Assembly (NCBI GenBank): GCA_943354005.1
Contig: CALRBE010000008.1
Span: forward strand, 1-39,227
Direction of reading: 5' to 3'
Origin: an uncultured Candidatus Saccharimonas sp.
Lineage (GTDB): Bacteria; Patescibacteriota; Saccharimonadia; Saccharimonadales; AWTP1-31
Length of the DNA: 39,227 nucleotides
Position numbers and translations under genes: made by a program. Positions 29,090 to 38,294 of this stretch are shown here, one piece after another (position 1 is the first letter of the stretch; each line of letters begins with the position of its first letter). The notes below the pieces were generated by a model, which worked only from the letters and a program-made list of their open reading frames with translations, was not told the origin of the DNA and did not search any database.

Positions 29090-30292
29090 TTAGTAGTTTG
29101 CTATGAACGTGTAGGCTTGACCAGTATTACCGGCACGACCAGTACGACCAATACGGTGTACGTAATCTGAATATGTGTTCGGTTGGTCAAAGTTAATGAC
29201 GTGTGAAACATTTGGAATGTCTAGGCCACGAGCTGCAACGTCTGTTGCTACAAGTACTTTTACGCGGTCTTGTTTGAACGCGTTAAGTGCACGTTGTCGC
29301 TGTGGTTGTGACTTGTTACCATGGATAGCTTCAGCCTTATGCCCGAGATCATTAAGATGATCTGCGAGTTTCTGGACGCCCCACTTTGTTTCGCCAAAGA
29401 CGAGAACTTTTTCAAAGTTAGGATCTTCTAACATTTCACCAAGCTTATTTAGCTTCTGATCTTTAGTAGTCTTAATGACGTCTTGAGCGATATGCTCACT
29501 AGTTACAGGAGAAACAACTGAAATTGTTTCAGGGTCTTTAAGTAACTTATGAATAAGATTACTAATTGCTGGAGACATAGTTGCACTAAAGCATAGACCT
29601 TGGCGTTCCTGTGGAAGTAGGTCAATTAGGAATTCGATATCTCCGATGAAGCCCATATCAAGCATTTGGTCTGCTTCGTCAAGGATTACAATTTGAGTTT
29701 TAGCTAGGGATAGTATACCTCGCTCTACTAGGTCTTTTAGTCGTCCTGGAGTACCAATAACTACCTCAGGTTTTTCTCGTAGAGTTCTAATCTGAGGCAC
29801 AATGTTCATTCCACCGACACAAAGTACGCTCAAGAAGCCTGCACCTCGACTGAAGATTTTAAATTCATCATCAATCTGCTGTGCGAGTTCACGCGTAGGA
29901 GCAACGATTAATGCTGTTGTGCCACGAGGCATTTCAAGTAGACGTTGAATAGTAGGCAATACGAAGGCTGCAGTTTTACCTGTACCTGTGTTTGCTAGTC
30001 CAATAACGTCCTTACCAGATAGTACATGAGTAATAGCCTTGTCTTGAATAGCAGTCGGTGTTACATAGCCAGCTTTTTCAATGTTTTTCTTTAATCCATC
30101 ATGGAAAGGAAAATCAGCGAATGCGTTCTTTGCAACATAAACAGGCTGTTCAGTGCGTGGTTTAGGAATGTTAATAAATTTTGAAGGATCAATATAAGCT
30201 CCTCGACGATTTCCTCGTGAAGATGGTTTGCTTTTATATGATGTTCGGCCGCCTTTATTACGACCATATGAAGAATAAGTGTTGTTGTACAA
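29090..30292 (-). CDS. DEAD-box RNA helicase (RhlE/CshA-like), TTG start
   Basis: PTAIQ, ANTGTGKT, PTRELA, DEAD, SAT, HRIGRTGRAG. Confidence 0.95.
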   Translation of the reverse strand: MYNNTYSSYGRNKGGRTSYKSKPSSRGNRRGAYIDPSKFINIPKPRTEQPVYVAKNAFADFPFHDGLKKNIEKAGYVTPTAIQDKAITHVLSGKDVIGLANTGTGKTAAFVLPTIQRLLEMPRGTTALIVAPTRELAQQIDDEFKIFSRGAGFLSVLCVGGMNIVPQIRTLREKPEVVIGTPGRLKDLVERGILSLAKTQIVILDEADQMLDMGFIGDIEFLIDLLPQERQGLCFSATMSPAISNLIHKLLKDPETISVVSPVTSEHIAQDVIKTTKDQKLNKLGEMLEDPNFEKVLVFGETKWGVQKLADHLNDLGHKAEAIHGNKSQPQRQRALNAFKQDRVKVLVATDVAARGLDIPNVSHVINFDQPNTYSDYVHRIGRTGRAGNTGQAYTFIANY

Positions 30293-30461
30293 GAATGTAC
30301 CTTTCGTTTGTTGACATGGAGCGTAGTTATACGCTTTTACATGTATTAATATTATCTCTAACTGCGAAGAAGTGAACAGCGAGAAAATACTTCAAACGAC
30401 TCGACATTCAATAGAATCACAAATAGACTCTAATCATAACACGTAATTTATGAATTGTCTA
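30293..30461 (-). promoter_or_regulatory. Promoter plus long structured 5' leader of the DEAD-box helicase
   Basis: TAGACA(30461)-17 bp-TATGAT(30438); ~135-nt leader with three helices. Confidence 0.65.
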
Positions 30462-30481
30462 GTACTTTACGCTAAAGGTTA

Positions 30482-32299
30482 TTAGCTTTTCTGACGTTTT
30501 CGCTTACTTGGATCCATCTCGCGCTTACGGAGACGAAGACTCTGAGGTGTAACTTCAAGGAGCTCATCATTCTCGAGGAAGTCGAGACATTCTTCTAGGC
30601 TAAAGATCACTGGAGGCGTAAGCTGTACGACACCATCACTACTGCTACTACGCATGTTTGTGAGGTGCTTTTCTTTTGCTACGTTAATTTCCATATCATC
30701 ACTACGAGTATTGAGACCAATAATCTGTCCAGCATATACTTTTGTTCCAGGGCCAACAAAACAAGTACCACGTTCTTCTACTGTTTGAAGTGCATAGGCT
30801 GTAGTATTTCCAGTCTGGAAGGCAATAAGAACACCATTACGCTGTTGATTAAGACTAGCACCAAGTTCTTGGTATCCAATAATAAGACTATTCATGATAG
30901 CAGTACCTTTAGTCGCTGTCATAAGAGTGTTACGTAATCCAAGAAGTGTACGAGTAGGCATTTCGTAAATAAGCTTTGTTACACCACGAGATGTAGTGAA
31001 CTGCTCTTTAAGATTTGCACGTCGCTGTCCAAGTTCGGCCTGTACAGAACCAACTTGCTCGGCACCAACTTCAATAATAACCTCTTCTAGAGGCTCCATA
31101 GTTTTGCCGTCTTTTTCATGAGTTACCACTTGTGGTCGTCCAACTTCAAATTCAAATCCTTCACGACGCATTGTCTCAATGAGTACACTTAAGTGAAGCT
31201 CACCACGTCCTGAGATCAAGAAGCCAATACCATCTTGCTCTACGAGTAGTCCGATATTTGTTTCAAGTTCTTTTTTAAGGCGATCAGCAATTTGGCGGCT
31301 AGTGCTAAAGTCAGCTTCAGTGCCTTTGAAAGGGGATGTATTTGGACCTAGATAAATTTTAAGAGTCGGTGCTTCAACTTCAAGAATAGGCAATGCCTCT
31401 GGCTTCTCGGGATCTGCAATTGTTTCACCGATCTGAATATTTCCCATACCAGTAATACTTACAATATCACCGGCGATTGCAGTTGGAGTCTCAATCTTAG
31501 CAAGACCTTGGTGGTTATAGATTTTATCTATTTTTGCTTTTACGAATGTACCATCTTTTTTACACACTGCAACTTGGTCGCTAGACTTGATTTGGCCACG
31601 TGAAATACGCCCAACAGCGTATTTACCTTGGAAACTGTCCCAGCTAAGGGCAGTTACGAGCATTTGGAATGGAAGATCTGGCTCTACGGAAGGTGAAGGA
31701 ACATCGTTTATAATTCCGTCGAAAAGTACAGATAAGTCGCCATCAGCCTCTGAATTTTCTGGGATTGTTTTCCATGCCTTACCAGCACGTCCTACAGCAT
31801 AATAAATTGGATAATGTAGCTGGTCTTCGTGTACGGCTAGTTCTAGGAAAAGATCAGCAAGCTCATCTTCAACTTCAGCAATACGGCTTCCAGGCTTATC
31901 TATTTTATTGATAACAACAATTGGTTTTAGGTTTAGGGCTAGTGCTTTTGTAAGTACAAACTTAGTCTGTGGCATAGGACCTTCTTGAGCATCAACGATA
32001 AGAAGACAGCCATCTGCCATATTTAGAGTACGTTCAACCTCACCGCCAAAGTCGGCGTGCCCAGGAGTATCAATAATATTGATATGGAAATCGTCATGTT
32101 GCACAGCTGTAATCTTGGCTGTAATAGTAATACCGCGCTCACGTTCCTGATCGCCGCTGTCCATAATGAGGTCTTGGCTCATCTCAGCCTGATTATCACG
32201 GAATGTATTAGACTGCTTTAGCAGTCCGTCAACTAGAGTTGTTTTACCATGGTCAACGTGAGCAATTATTGCAACGTTTCTAATCTTTTTTGGGTCCAT
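30482..32299 (-). CDS. typA: Translational GTPase TypA/BipA
   Basis: IAHVDHGKTTLVD, DTPGHADFGGEVER, GRGELHL, LEVTPQSLRLRK. Confidence 0.97.
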   Translation of the reverse strand: MDPKKIRNVAIIAHVDHGKTTLVDGLLKQSNTFRDNQAEMSQDLIMDSGDQERERGITITAKITAVQHDDFHINIIDTPGHADFGGEVERTLNMADGCLLIVDAQEGPMPQTKFVLTKALALNLKPIVVINKIDKPGSRIAEVEDELADLFLELAVHEDQLHYPIYYAVGRAGKAWKTIPENSEADGDLSVLFDGIINDVPSPSVEPDLPFQMLVTALSWDSFQGKYAVGRISRGQIKSSDQVAVCKKDGTFVKAKIDKIYNHQGLAKIETPTAIAGDIVSITGMGNIQIGETIADPEKPEALPILEVEAPTLKIYLGPNTSPFKGTEADFSTSRQIADRLKKELETNIGLLVEQDGIGFLISGRGELHLSVLIETMRREGFEFEVGRPQVVTHEKDGKTMEPLEEVIIEVGAEQVGSVQAELGQRRANLKEQFTTSRGVTKLIYEMPTRTLLGLRNTLMTATKGTAIMNSLIIGYQELGASLNQQRNGVLIAFQTGNTTAYALQTVEERGTCFVGPGTKVYAGQIIGLNTRSDDMEINVAKEKHLTNMRSSSSDGVVQLTPPVIFSLEECLDFLENDELLEVTPQSLRLRKREMDPSKRKRQKS

Positions 32300-32382
32300 A
32301 TGTCACTATCCTTTTTCAATAAAATAACCGCTAGTAAGCGGCTTACGCACTAATCATTAGACTTATTTTAACACAAGCTCGA

Positions 32383-33210
32383 TTATTTGGCTACCTTTCT
32401 AGGGTTACCTGGAAAGAAAATGTTAGTTCTTCGTGCATATTCTTGATATTTTTTGTCTTTTGCGTACTTTTTCTCGAGAAGAGGTATGCCAGAAACAAAA
32501 AGAATCAGGACTGTAATCGTTGCTGGTCCAATTAGTGCAAATAGCTTAGTACCTAAGGGTAGGGAAGAAGAGGCACATATTAGCCATAGGCCCCACCACT
32601 GAGTTACTTCACCAAAATAGTTTGGGTGACGAGTATATCGCCACAGGCCTGTTTGCATTACGGCGCTTTTTTCTTTTCTACTACTTAAGAACATGCGTAG
32701 CTGGTAATCGCCAATAGTCTCAAATATGAAGCCAAGCGTCCAAAGCAGCACGCCAGCTGCAAACCACGCTGATACTGAAAGAGTATTCTGTATACCGGCA
32801 GACAGGGTTACAGGTAAGGAAACTAGTACAAGAAGAATCCCCTGGAGTATAAATACCTGCAGGAATGAACGTACTAAAAACAGTTTGCCCCATTCTTTCC
32901 TCCATTGTGCATATCGAAAATCTTCGTGCTTTCCTTTATTGCGGGTTGCTATGTGAATTGCCAATCTAAGACCCCAGATGGTAGTTAGTAGCACTACCAC
33001 ATAGGAAACGATAGAAGGATTTGGATTAAGCGCAAGGGCACTTACCGCAGCAACTATAAAGCCTATTCCCCAAGCGGTGTCGGCTATATCGTTACGTTTA
33101 GAAATAATTGCCAGTAAAAACCAGGCAGTCATATATACGAATACTATGCTTCCAACAGTAATAAGGACGTCAGATACCATTACCATAATAACTATTAGTA
33201 TATCATTCAA
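32383..33210 (-). CDS. DUF1295 (steroid 5-alpha-reductase-like) membrane protein; start probably 33186
   Basis: EDFRY, GDYQL, GLWRYTRHPNYFGE, SGIPLLE. Confidence 0.88.
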   Translation of the reverse strand: MNDILIVIMVMVSDVLITVGSIVFVYMTAWFLLAIISKRNDIADTAWGIGFIVAAVSALALNPNPSIVSYVVVLLTTIWGLRLAIHIATRNKGKHEDFRYAQWRKEWGKLFLVRSFLQVFILQGILLVLVSLPVTLSAGIQNTLSVSAWFAAGVLLWTLGFIFETIGDYQLRMFLSSRKEKSAVMQTGLWRYTRHPNYFGEVTQWWGLWLICASSSLPLGTKLFALIGPATITVLILFVSGIPLLEKKYAKDKKYQEYARRTNIFFPGNPRKVAK

Positions 33211-33256
33211 ATATCGATGCCATTAAATTCCATTGATACGCTAAAATAGATAGTCT

Positions 33257-34597
33257 ATGACACAAGCACACGCACTCGATATCCTAAAGCTTGGTAAGAA
33301 TGTATTCCTGACTGGCGCTGCCGGTAGCGGCAAGACATACGTACTTAACGAGTACATTGGGTACCTGAAAAAGAAGCATATCCCGGTGGCTATAACTGCC
33401 TCAACAGGCATCGCTGCAACTCATATGCAGGGAAAGACTATACACTCATGGGCCCATATAGGTATTAAGGAGTCATTAAGCCAAGCAGATCTTGCTCACA
33501 TGTTTGCAAAGAAAGATGTACGTAAGAGTATTGCAGAAGCTAAAGTCCTAATCATCGACGAGGTTTCCATGCTGCATCATTTCAGACTAGATATGGTGAA
33601 TGATGTGCTGCAGAAGATGCACGGCAACAGTAAACCTTTCGGAGGTATCCAAGTTGTACTGTGTGGTGATTTATTTCAATTGCCTCCTGTATCGCGAATG
33701 ACGCGAGCACAATACGTGACTGATGCTGCTATATGGAACGAGATGGACATCCATATTTGCTACCTTACAGAACAACATAGACAGGATGATGATGCACTCA
33801 TTCAATTACTTAATGAAATGCGAGACGGTGAAGTTTCCGAAAAGTCTCATGAACTTATCCAAGATAGAATTAATGCAGAGATTATTTCAGATATTACTCC
33901 GACGAAACTATTCACACATAATGTAGACGTCGACGTTATGAATCAACAGGAGCTTACCAAATTATCCGGTAAACCTCGATCTTATAAGATGACCCAAAAA
34001 GGAGATAAGTCAGTAGCCAAAACTTTAAAGAACAACTGTCTAGCGCCAGAAGAACTTATACTCAAAAAGAACGCAATTGTTATGTTCGTACAGAATAATT
34101 ACGCAAAAGGATTTGTTAATGGAACGCTTGGAAAAGTTGTGTCATTTGCACTAGACGGTGCACCTATTGTTGACACTCTAGATGGTAAAACAATTTCCGT
34201 TCCAATGGGAAGCTGGAGAGTTGAAGAAGGGGATAGCGTTATCGCAGAGATCAATCAGTTGCCGTTGCGACTGGCATGGGCCATCACGGTCCATAAAAGC
34301 CAGGGTATGACACTTGATGCTGCTCAGATTGATCTATCTAAAACCTTCATAACTGGTATGGGCTACGTTGCACTTTCTAGAGTCAGATCACTCGAAACAC
34401 TAAATATACTTGGAATTAATCAAAAAGCATTAATGGTAGATCCGATAGTCATTGAAATAGACTCTACATTATCTCAGGAATCAGAACGCTATAGACGAGC
34501 TATTGAATCAATGTCACCAGCCGAACTGCTCACATCACAACAAGAGTATATCGCCTCACTTAAATATGAGGGCAGGCTTAATCTTGCTGACGTATAA
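33257..34597 (+). CDS. PIF1-family (SF1B) DNA helicase
   Basis: TGAAGSGKT, IIDEVSM, GDLFQLPPV, LAWAITVHKSQG, YVALSRV. Confidence 0.92.
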   Translation: MTQAHALDILKLGKNVFLTGAAGSGKTYVLNEYIGYLKKKHIPVAITASTGIAATHMQGKTIHSWAHIGIKESLSQADLAHMFAKKDVRKSIAEAKVLIIDEVSMLHHFRLDMVNDVLQKMHGNSKPFGGIQVVLCGDLFQLPPVSRMTRAQYVTDAAIWNEMDIHICYLTEQHRQDDDALIQLLNEMRDGEVSEKSHELIQDRINAEIISDITPTKLFTHNVDVDVMNQQELTKLSGKPRSYKMTQKGDKSVAKTLKNNCLAPEELILKKNAIVMFVQNNYAKGFVNGTLGKVVSFALDGAPIVDTLDGKTISVPMGSWRVEEGDSVIAEINQLPLRLAWAITVHKSQGMTLDAAQIDLSKTFITGMGYVALSRVRSLETLNILGINQKALMVDPIVIEIDSTLSQESERYRRAIESMSPAELLTSQQEYIASLKYEGRLNLADV

Positions 34598-34666
34598 CAA
34601 ACTACAACATTTTATTTTGTAAAATATAAAAAACATAGCTATTATGGTTTCAGGAGAAAAAAATAT

Positions 34667-34915
34667 ATGAACCCAACAACAAACCAAACACCAACGAACG
34701 ATAATACAACTACACCACAGCCTGTTGATCCAGCTGCAATGCCAGTAATGCCAACAGACCCTGTTGATCCAGCTGCAATGCCAGTAATGGACCCACCTGT
34801 CACTCCACCAGCACCAGTTGCAGAGGCACCAGCTCCGGCACCAGTTGCAGAGGCACCAGTAGAGCCAGCAGCACCTGCTCCTACAGACCAGACTCCACAG
34901 CCTGGCGCAATGTAG
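34667..34915 (+). CDS. Small Pro/Ala-rich disordered protein with internal repeats
   Basis: CAGGAG SD; PVDPAAMPVM x2 and PAPVAEAP x2. Confidence 0.7.
   Translation: MNPTTNQTPTNDNTTTPQPVDPAAMPVMPTDPVDPAAMPVMDPPVTPPAPVAEAPAPAPVAEAPVEPAAPAPTDQTPQPGAM
34721..34859 (+). repeat. Two in-frame duplications
   Basis: Exact 30-mer at 34721 and 34760 (period 39); exact 22-mer at 34811 and 34838 (period 27). Confidence 0.9.
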
Positions 34916-34922
34916 TCATCTT

Positions 34923-35219
34923 ATGACTACGACTAATCGGTTGCAAAAAAGTAAAAAACTTTCTCGCAACCGATTTTTTTATGATTCAAATAATTCCTTA
35001 GTCCTCTTTCAGTTACCTAATATTCCTCTTTCAATATGGATAGTCTGTACAATTGCTACTAAATTTGTCAGCGGCACAGCGCAGAACATACTCGGTATTA
35101 TTGCCACGCTAGGTCTTACTATCTGGGCACTACTTGAAATAACAAGCGGCGTAAACTACTTTAGATGCCTACTAGGTTTATTCATGCTCACTTATATTAT
35201 TATTACAAGACTATTCTAA
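34923..35219 (+). CDS. Small membrane protein, unknown function
   Basis: Three hydrophobic segments; QLPNIPL and WALLEITSGVNYFR. Confidence 0.6.
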   Translation: MTTTNRLQKSKKLSRNRFFYDSNNSLVLFQLPNIPLSIWIVCTIATKFVSGTAQNILGIIATLGLTIWALLEITSGVNYFRCLLGLFMLTYIIITRLF

Positions 35220-37049
35220 TTACTTAGTAAACGAACAAGACCATCCGAACCATCCACATGTATAGTTACGCTCATAAACTGTAGGCACAGATTTGTTACC
35301 GGCACTATCTATAGCAGAAAATTCGTATTTATATTTTTGTCCAGCGTTAAGGTTGAAATCTGTGAATGTCCTATTAACGCCGTTATATATCACTTTTCCA
35401 TTCTTTTTAATCTGATAGTTAGTAACGATTTTTGGTGAGGTACTGGCACCCCAAGATAGCGACGCGCCCTGTCTGAATTCGAACAGGCTACTATCCCATC
35501 CTATTGATACAGGGAAGCTGCTTGGTATCTTAACTGACGTGGGAACAACTACTGCAGGAGGGGTCATCTGTCCTGTTGGGGGTGTGGGCTGCATGGGAGT
35601 AGGTGTGGGCGGCGTTGGAGTTGGAGGTGTAGTCGTCGTCGTTTGAGTGGTAGGATAACTACTTGTAACATATTTGCAGTAAAAGGTAGACTTTTGACCG
35701 TTGCTACAATTATTCGTAGGTGGGGCAACAAGCTGTATATTGTCTTGGCTTATAAGTCCGTTTAGTAGGGTATTATCTGAAGCGTCGTTGATACCTACGC
35801 TTGCCCAGGCCTTTTTAACGCTTGGGTTTAGGGAACTTGATACTTGTATAACGGATACGCCGCTAGTATCTACGATTATAATGCCATAGTCTCTCATAGC
35901 TCGTGCAAAAATTCTTGCAGTCTGGGCTTTTTTAACATCAGCTTTTAGATCAGGCTTAGAGTTTATCCAGTTTTCAACATAGGCATCGTCCACATTAAGT
36001 TTAAAACGAGAACCCTCAGGTATAAGGGCTTTTTGAGTATATAGTGCATCTAGCTCTGGAGAATTTTTCCCAAGACGAGCTGAATGCGTTTTTGCGGCCG
36101 CATGTTCAAACTTACTCGCTGGAGCTACTGCTGTTCCACACGTTGTACCCTCAGCTGCAGTATTAAGCTGTGAAGGAGTACATTCTGGACCAATTGCCGT
36201 ACTAGGTATGGCCATACCAAGTGCATGACGAATTTCTCCAGCAGCTACTTCATCAGGAGTAGTAAGGGTTGCGTAGAATGATATGCCTGCACCACGGTCT
36301 CCAGTGCTACCTTCGTAAGTGCGATAATCTATTTTCTGTCCAGAGGGATTGCGGCTAACTTGAACGGCGTAGGTACACAGTCTATCTCCAATTAAGACAC
36401 CACATTGGGAAATTCTTTCGAAACCTCTTTTAACACCAGCAAGGTAGATAATCTCACCAGTCTGATCATTTAGTATAACGGCCTCATTATCTCCAGCCTC
36501 CCCAATTACCCAGGCGTCATTCCAGGGGATGCTAGTTTTTGGTATCGTACTGAATAAGGCTCCGGTCCCATCTAGATTTGAGGCATATACTGATGAATAA
36601 ATTTGGATTGTCCTATTAGCATCTTTGGCATTTAAAACTGTTCTTGAATAGTTTGCCCTGACATCTTCGAAGCCAAAACCAACTGTTGTGTTACTTCTAG
36701 CGGCTAGACCAGTTGCAGATAGGTCATTGCCATTCCGATAATTCCAAAAACGTGAAGCGTAATCTGCAGACTGCGAATCTATGGGTAGGTTACATGCCGG
36801 CTGGTTCCATACTGCATTTCCAAAAGGAACTTTGTATGTATAGTTTTGTACTCGAGCACCACATGTCGTCGCTGATGGAACAGGTGATGAGGGTGTACCA
36901 GTGGAGGCAAAAGAATACCCAATTCCAATGATTCCGAGAACTATAAATACAATTACAAGTAGGGCTTGCGCAGGCCTTTTAGTTGTAAAAGTATGCGTTA
37001 TTTTTTGCCACAGAGATTGTTTTTGTTGAGGAATTTCGTTATTTTCCAT
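35220..37049 (-). CDS. Exported/surface protein: N-terminal TM, unknown globular domain, Pro/Thr linker, fibronectin type III-like C-terminus
   Basis: TM near residues 29-47; PPTPTPPTPT linker; LSWGAS..NYQIKKNG..FTD..L..G.KY.Y...AIDSAGNKS FN3 pattern. Confidence 0.75.
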   Translation of the reverse strand: MENNEIPQQKQSLWQKITHTFTTKRPAQALLVIVFIVLGIIGIGYSFASTGTPSSPVPSATTCGARVQNYTYKVPFGNAVWNQPACNLPIDSQSADYASRFWNYRNGNDLSATGLAARSNTTVGFGFEDVRANYSRTVLNAKDANRTIQIYSSVYASNLDGTGALFSTIPKTSIPWNDAWVIGEAGDNEAVILNDQTGEIIYLAGVKRGFERISQCGVLIGDRLCTYAVQVSRNPSGQKIDYRTYEGSTGDRGAGISFYATLTTPDEVAAGEIRHALGMAIPSTAIGPECTPSQLNTAAEGTTCGTAVAPASKFEHAAAKTHSARLGKNSPELDALYTQKALIPEGSRFKLNVDDAYVENWINSKPDLKADVKKAQTARIFARAMRDYGIIIVDTSGVSVIQVSSSLNPSVKKAWASVGINDASDNTLLNGLISQDNIQLVAPPTNNCSNGQKSTFYCKYVTSSYPTTQTTTTTPPTPTPPTPTPMQPTPPTGQMTPPAVVVPTSVKIPSSFPVSIGWDSSLFEFRQGASLSWGASTSPKIVTNYQIKKNGKVIYNGVNRTFTDFNLNAGQKYKYEFSAIDSAGNKSVPTVYERNYTCGWFGWSCSFTK

Positions 37050-37108
37050 ATTATACCCTTATAGATTCAGTTTACTTTCCTTCAGTATATCAAAGATAAT
37101 GGTTATCC

Positions 37109-37486
37109 TTAAATTCCACCAAGCTTGTCCATAGCTTCGTGAGATAGGCCAAAATAATGTGCTACTTCGTGCCAAACTGTCTTATGTACTTGCCCCTTGA
37201 GACTGATTTCATCTTTACAATAACTAAGCATTGGTAACCTAAAAATTGTAATTTTATCGGGCAGTACAAGGTTATACCCACTATTACGGCTAGTCAGCGG
37301 TATGCCTTCGTAGAGACCGAAAAGGGAATGACCCGGCAGCAGTCGTAGCTTCTGTATTTGTTCTGGAGTAGGTTCATTAGCAGTCACAAATACAACGTTT
37401 TTGATTTTTTTAAAGTATTTCTCTGGAATTGCATCAATTGCATCAGAAACTAATAACTCAAACTGATCTTCATTAACGTTTAGCAT
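37109..37486 (-). CDS. Zincin-like metallopeptidase family protein (Zincin_1)
   Basis: LFGLYEGIPL, PDKITIFR, TVWHEVAHYFG. Confidence 0.88.
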   Translation of the reverse strand: MLNVNEDQFELLVSDAIDAIPEKYFKKIKNVVFVTANEPTPEQIQKLRLLPGHSLFGLYEGIPLTSRNSGYNLVLPDKITIFRLPMLSYCKDEISLKGQVHKTVWHEVAHYFGLSHEAMDKLGGI

Positions 37487-37501
37487 ATAAATAAGTATAC
37501 G

Positions 37502-38059
37502 CTACGTATTCTTTTGAGGACGAACCAGTATCCAGAGGGCCAGGGCAATTAGCAGTAGCATTGCTGAGTAGAAGCCAGCTTCACCATATAATTCAATCTT
37601 GTAGCCTTCATTAAAATTTAGCTTAAAGTAACCAATTGCTGCAATAAGGTATGCCGCAACACATAAAACACTAGCACTAAAAAGAGCTATCTTCCGCTGC
37701 ATGCAAGCCGCAACAAGCAGAGGCACGATGTACAGGAATACTGCCTTGCTTGCCATTCCTCTTTGCGTATAGACATAAAATGAGGCTATTGAAACATCGA
37801 CTACTATTAAGGCAATGATTACTCGACGTAATATGGCTTGAGAAACGTTGCTCTTTCGCGAAATAAACCAAAGAAAAATGATCACAACGAGTGATGAAAC
37901 CAATAATATCCATCGTCTGAATACAACTATAGGTTCAATTAGATTACCTGCGTCAAAAGCAATAAGTTGAATGACGAGTGCGATTATATAAAGAAAATGG
38001 ATATTGAGCATAAGGCTCAAGTTAGCTTTTAATTTCTGATTAACTTTTTTTTGCGGCAT
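37502..38059 (-). CDS. Multi-pass membrane protein, unknown function
   Basis: 185 aa with ~6 hydrophobic segments. Confidence 0.7.
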   Translation of the reverse strand: MPQKKVNQKLKANLSLMLNIHFLYIIALVIQLIAFDAGNLIEPIVVFRRWILLVSSLVVIIFLWFISRKSNVSQAILRRVIIALIVVDVSIASFYVYTQRGMASKAVFLYIVPLLVAACMQRKIALFSASVLCVAAYLIAAIGYFKLNFNEGYKIELYGEAGFYSAMLLLIALALWILVRPQKNT

Positions 38060-38134
38060 ATATCTAGTATAACCTTAAGCTTTTTAAAGGCGAAATTACC
38101 CCGTAAGATAATCATCAAGTATAATAAGACTATT

Positions 38135-38257
38135 ATGAAAAAACGCGATAAAACAAAACAGAATAAATTACAGAAGATTACAACAAAAAGAGCCTTATAT
38201 GAAAAGGCAAGAAAACTAAAGCGTAAAAAACTTACACAAGAAGATCGTATTAATTAG
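38135..38257 (+). CDS. 40-aa highly basic peptide
   Basis: MKKRDKTKQNKLQKITTKRALYEKARKLKRKKLTQEDRIN; TATAAT at 38120-38125. Confidence 0.45.
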   Translation: MKKRDKTKQNKLQKITTKRALYEKARKLKRKKLTQEDRIN

Positions 38258-38294
38258 AAGAAATTTAAGCTTTTTTATTGATATAATCTCCAAT

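Noticed and set aside
34721-34859. CRISPR-like repeats
   Set aside because: Only two copies of each, in-frame within a coding sequence, with 5-9-nt gaps and no cas genes.
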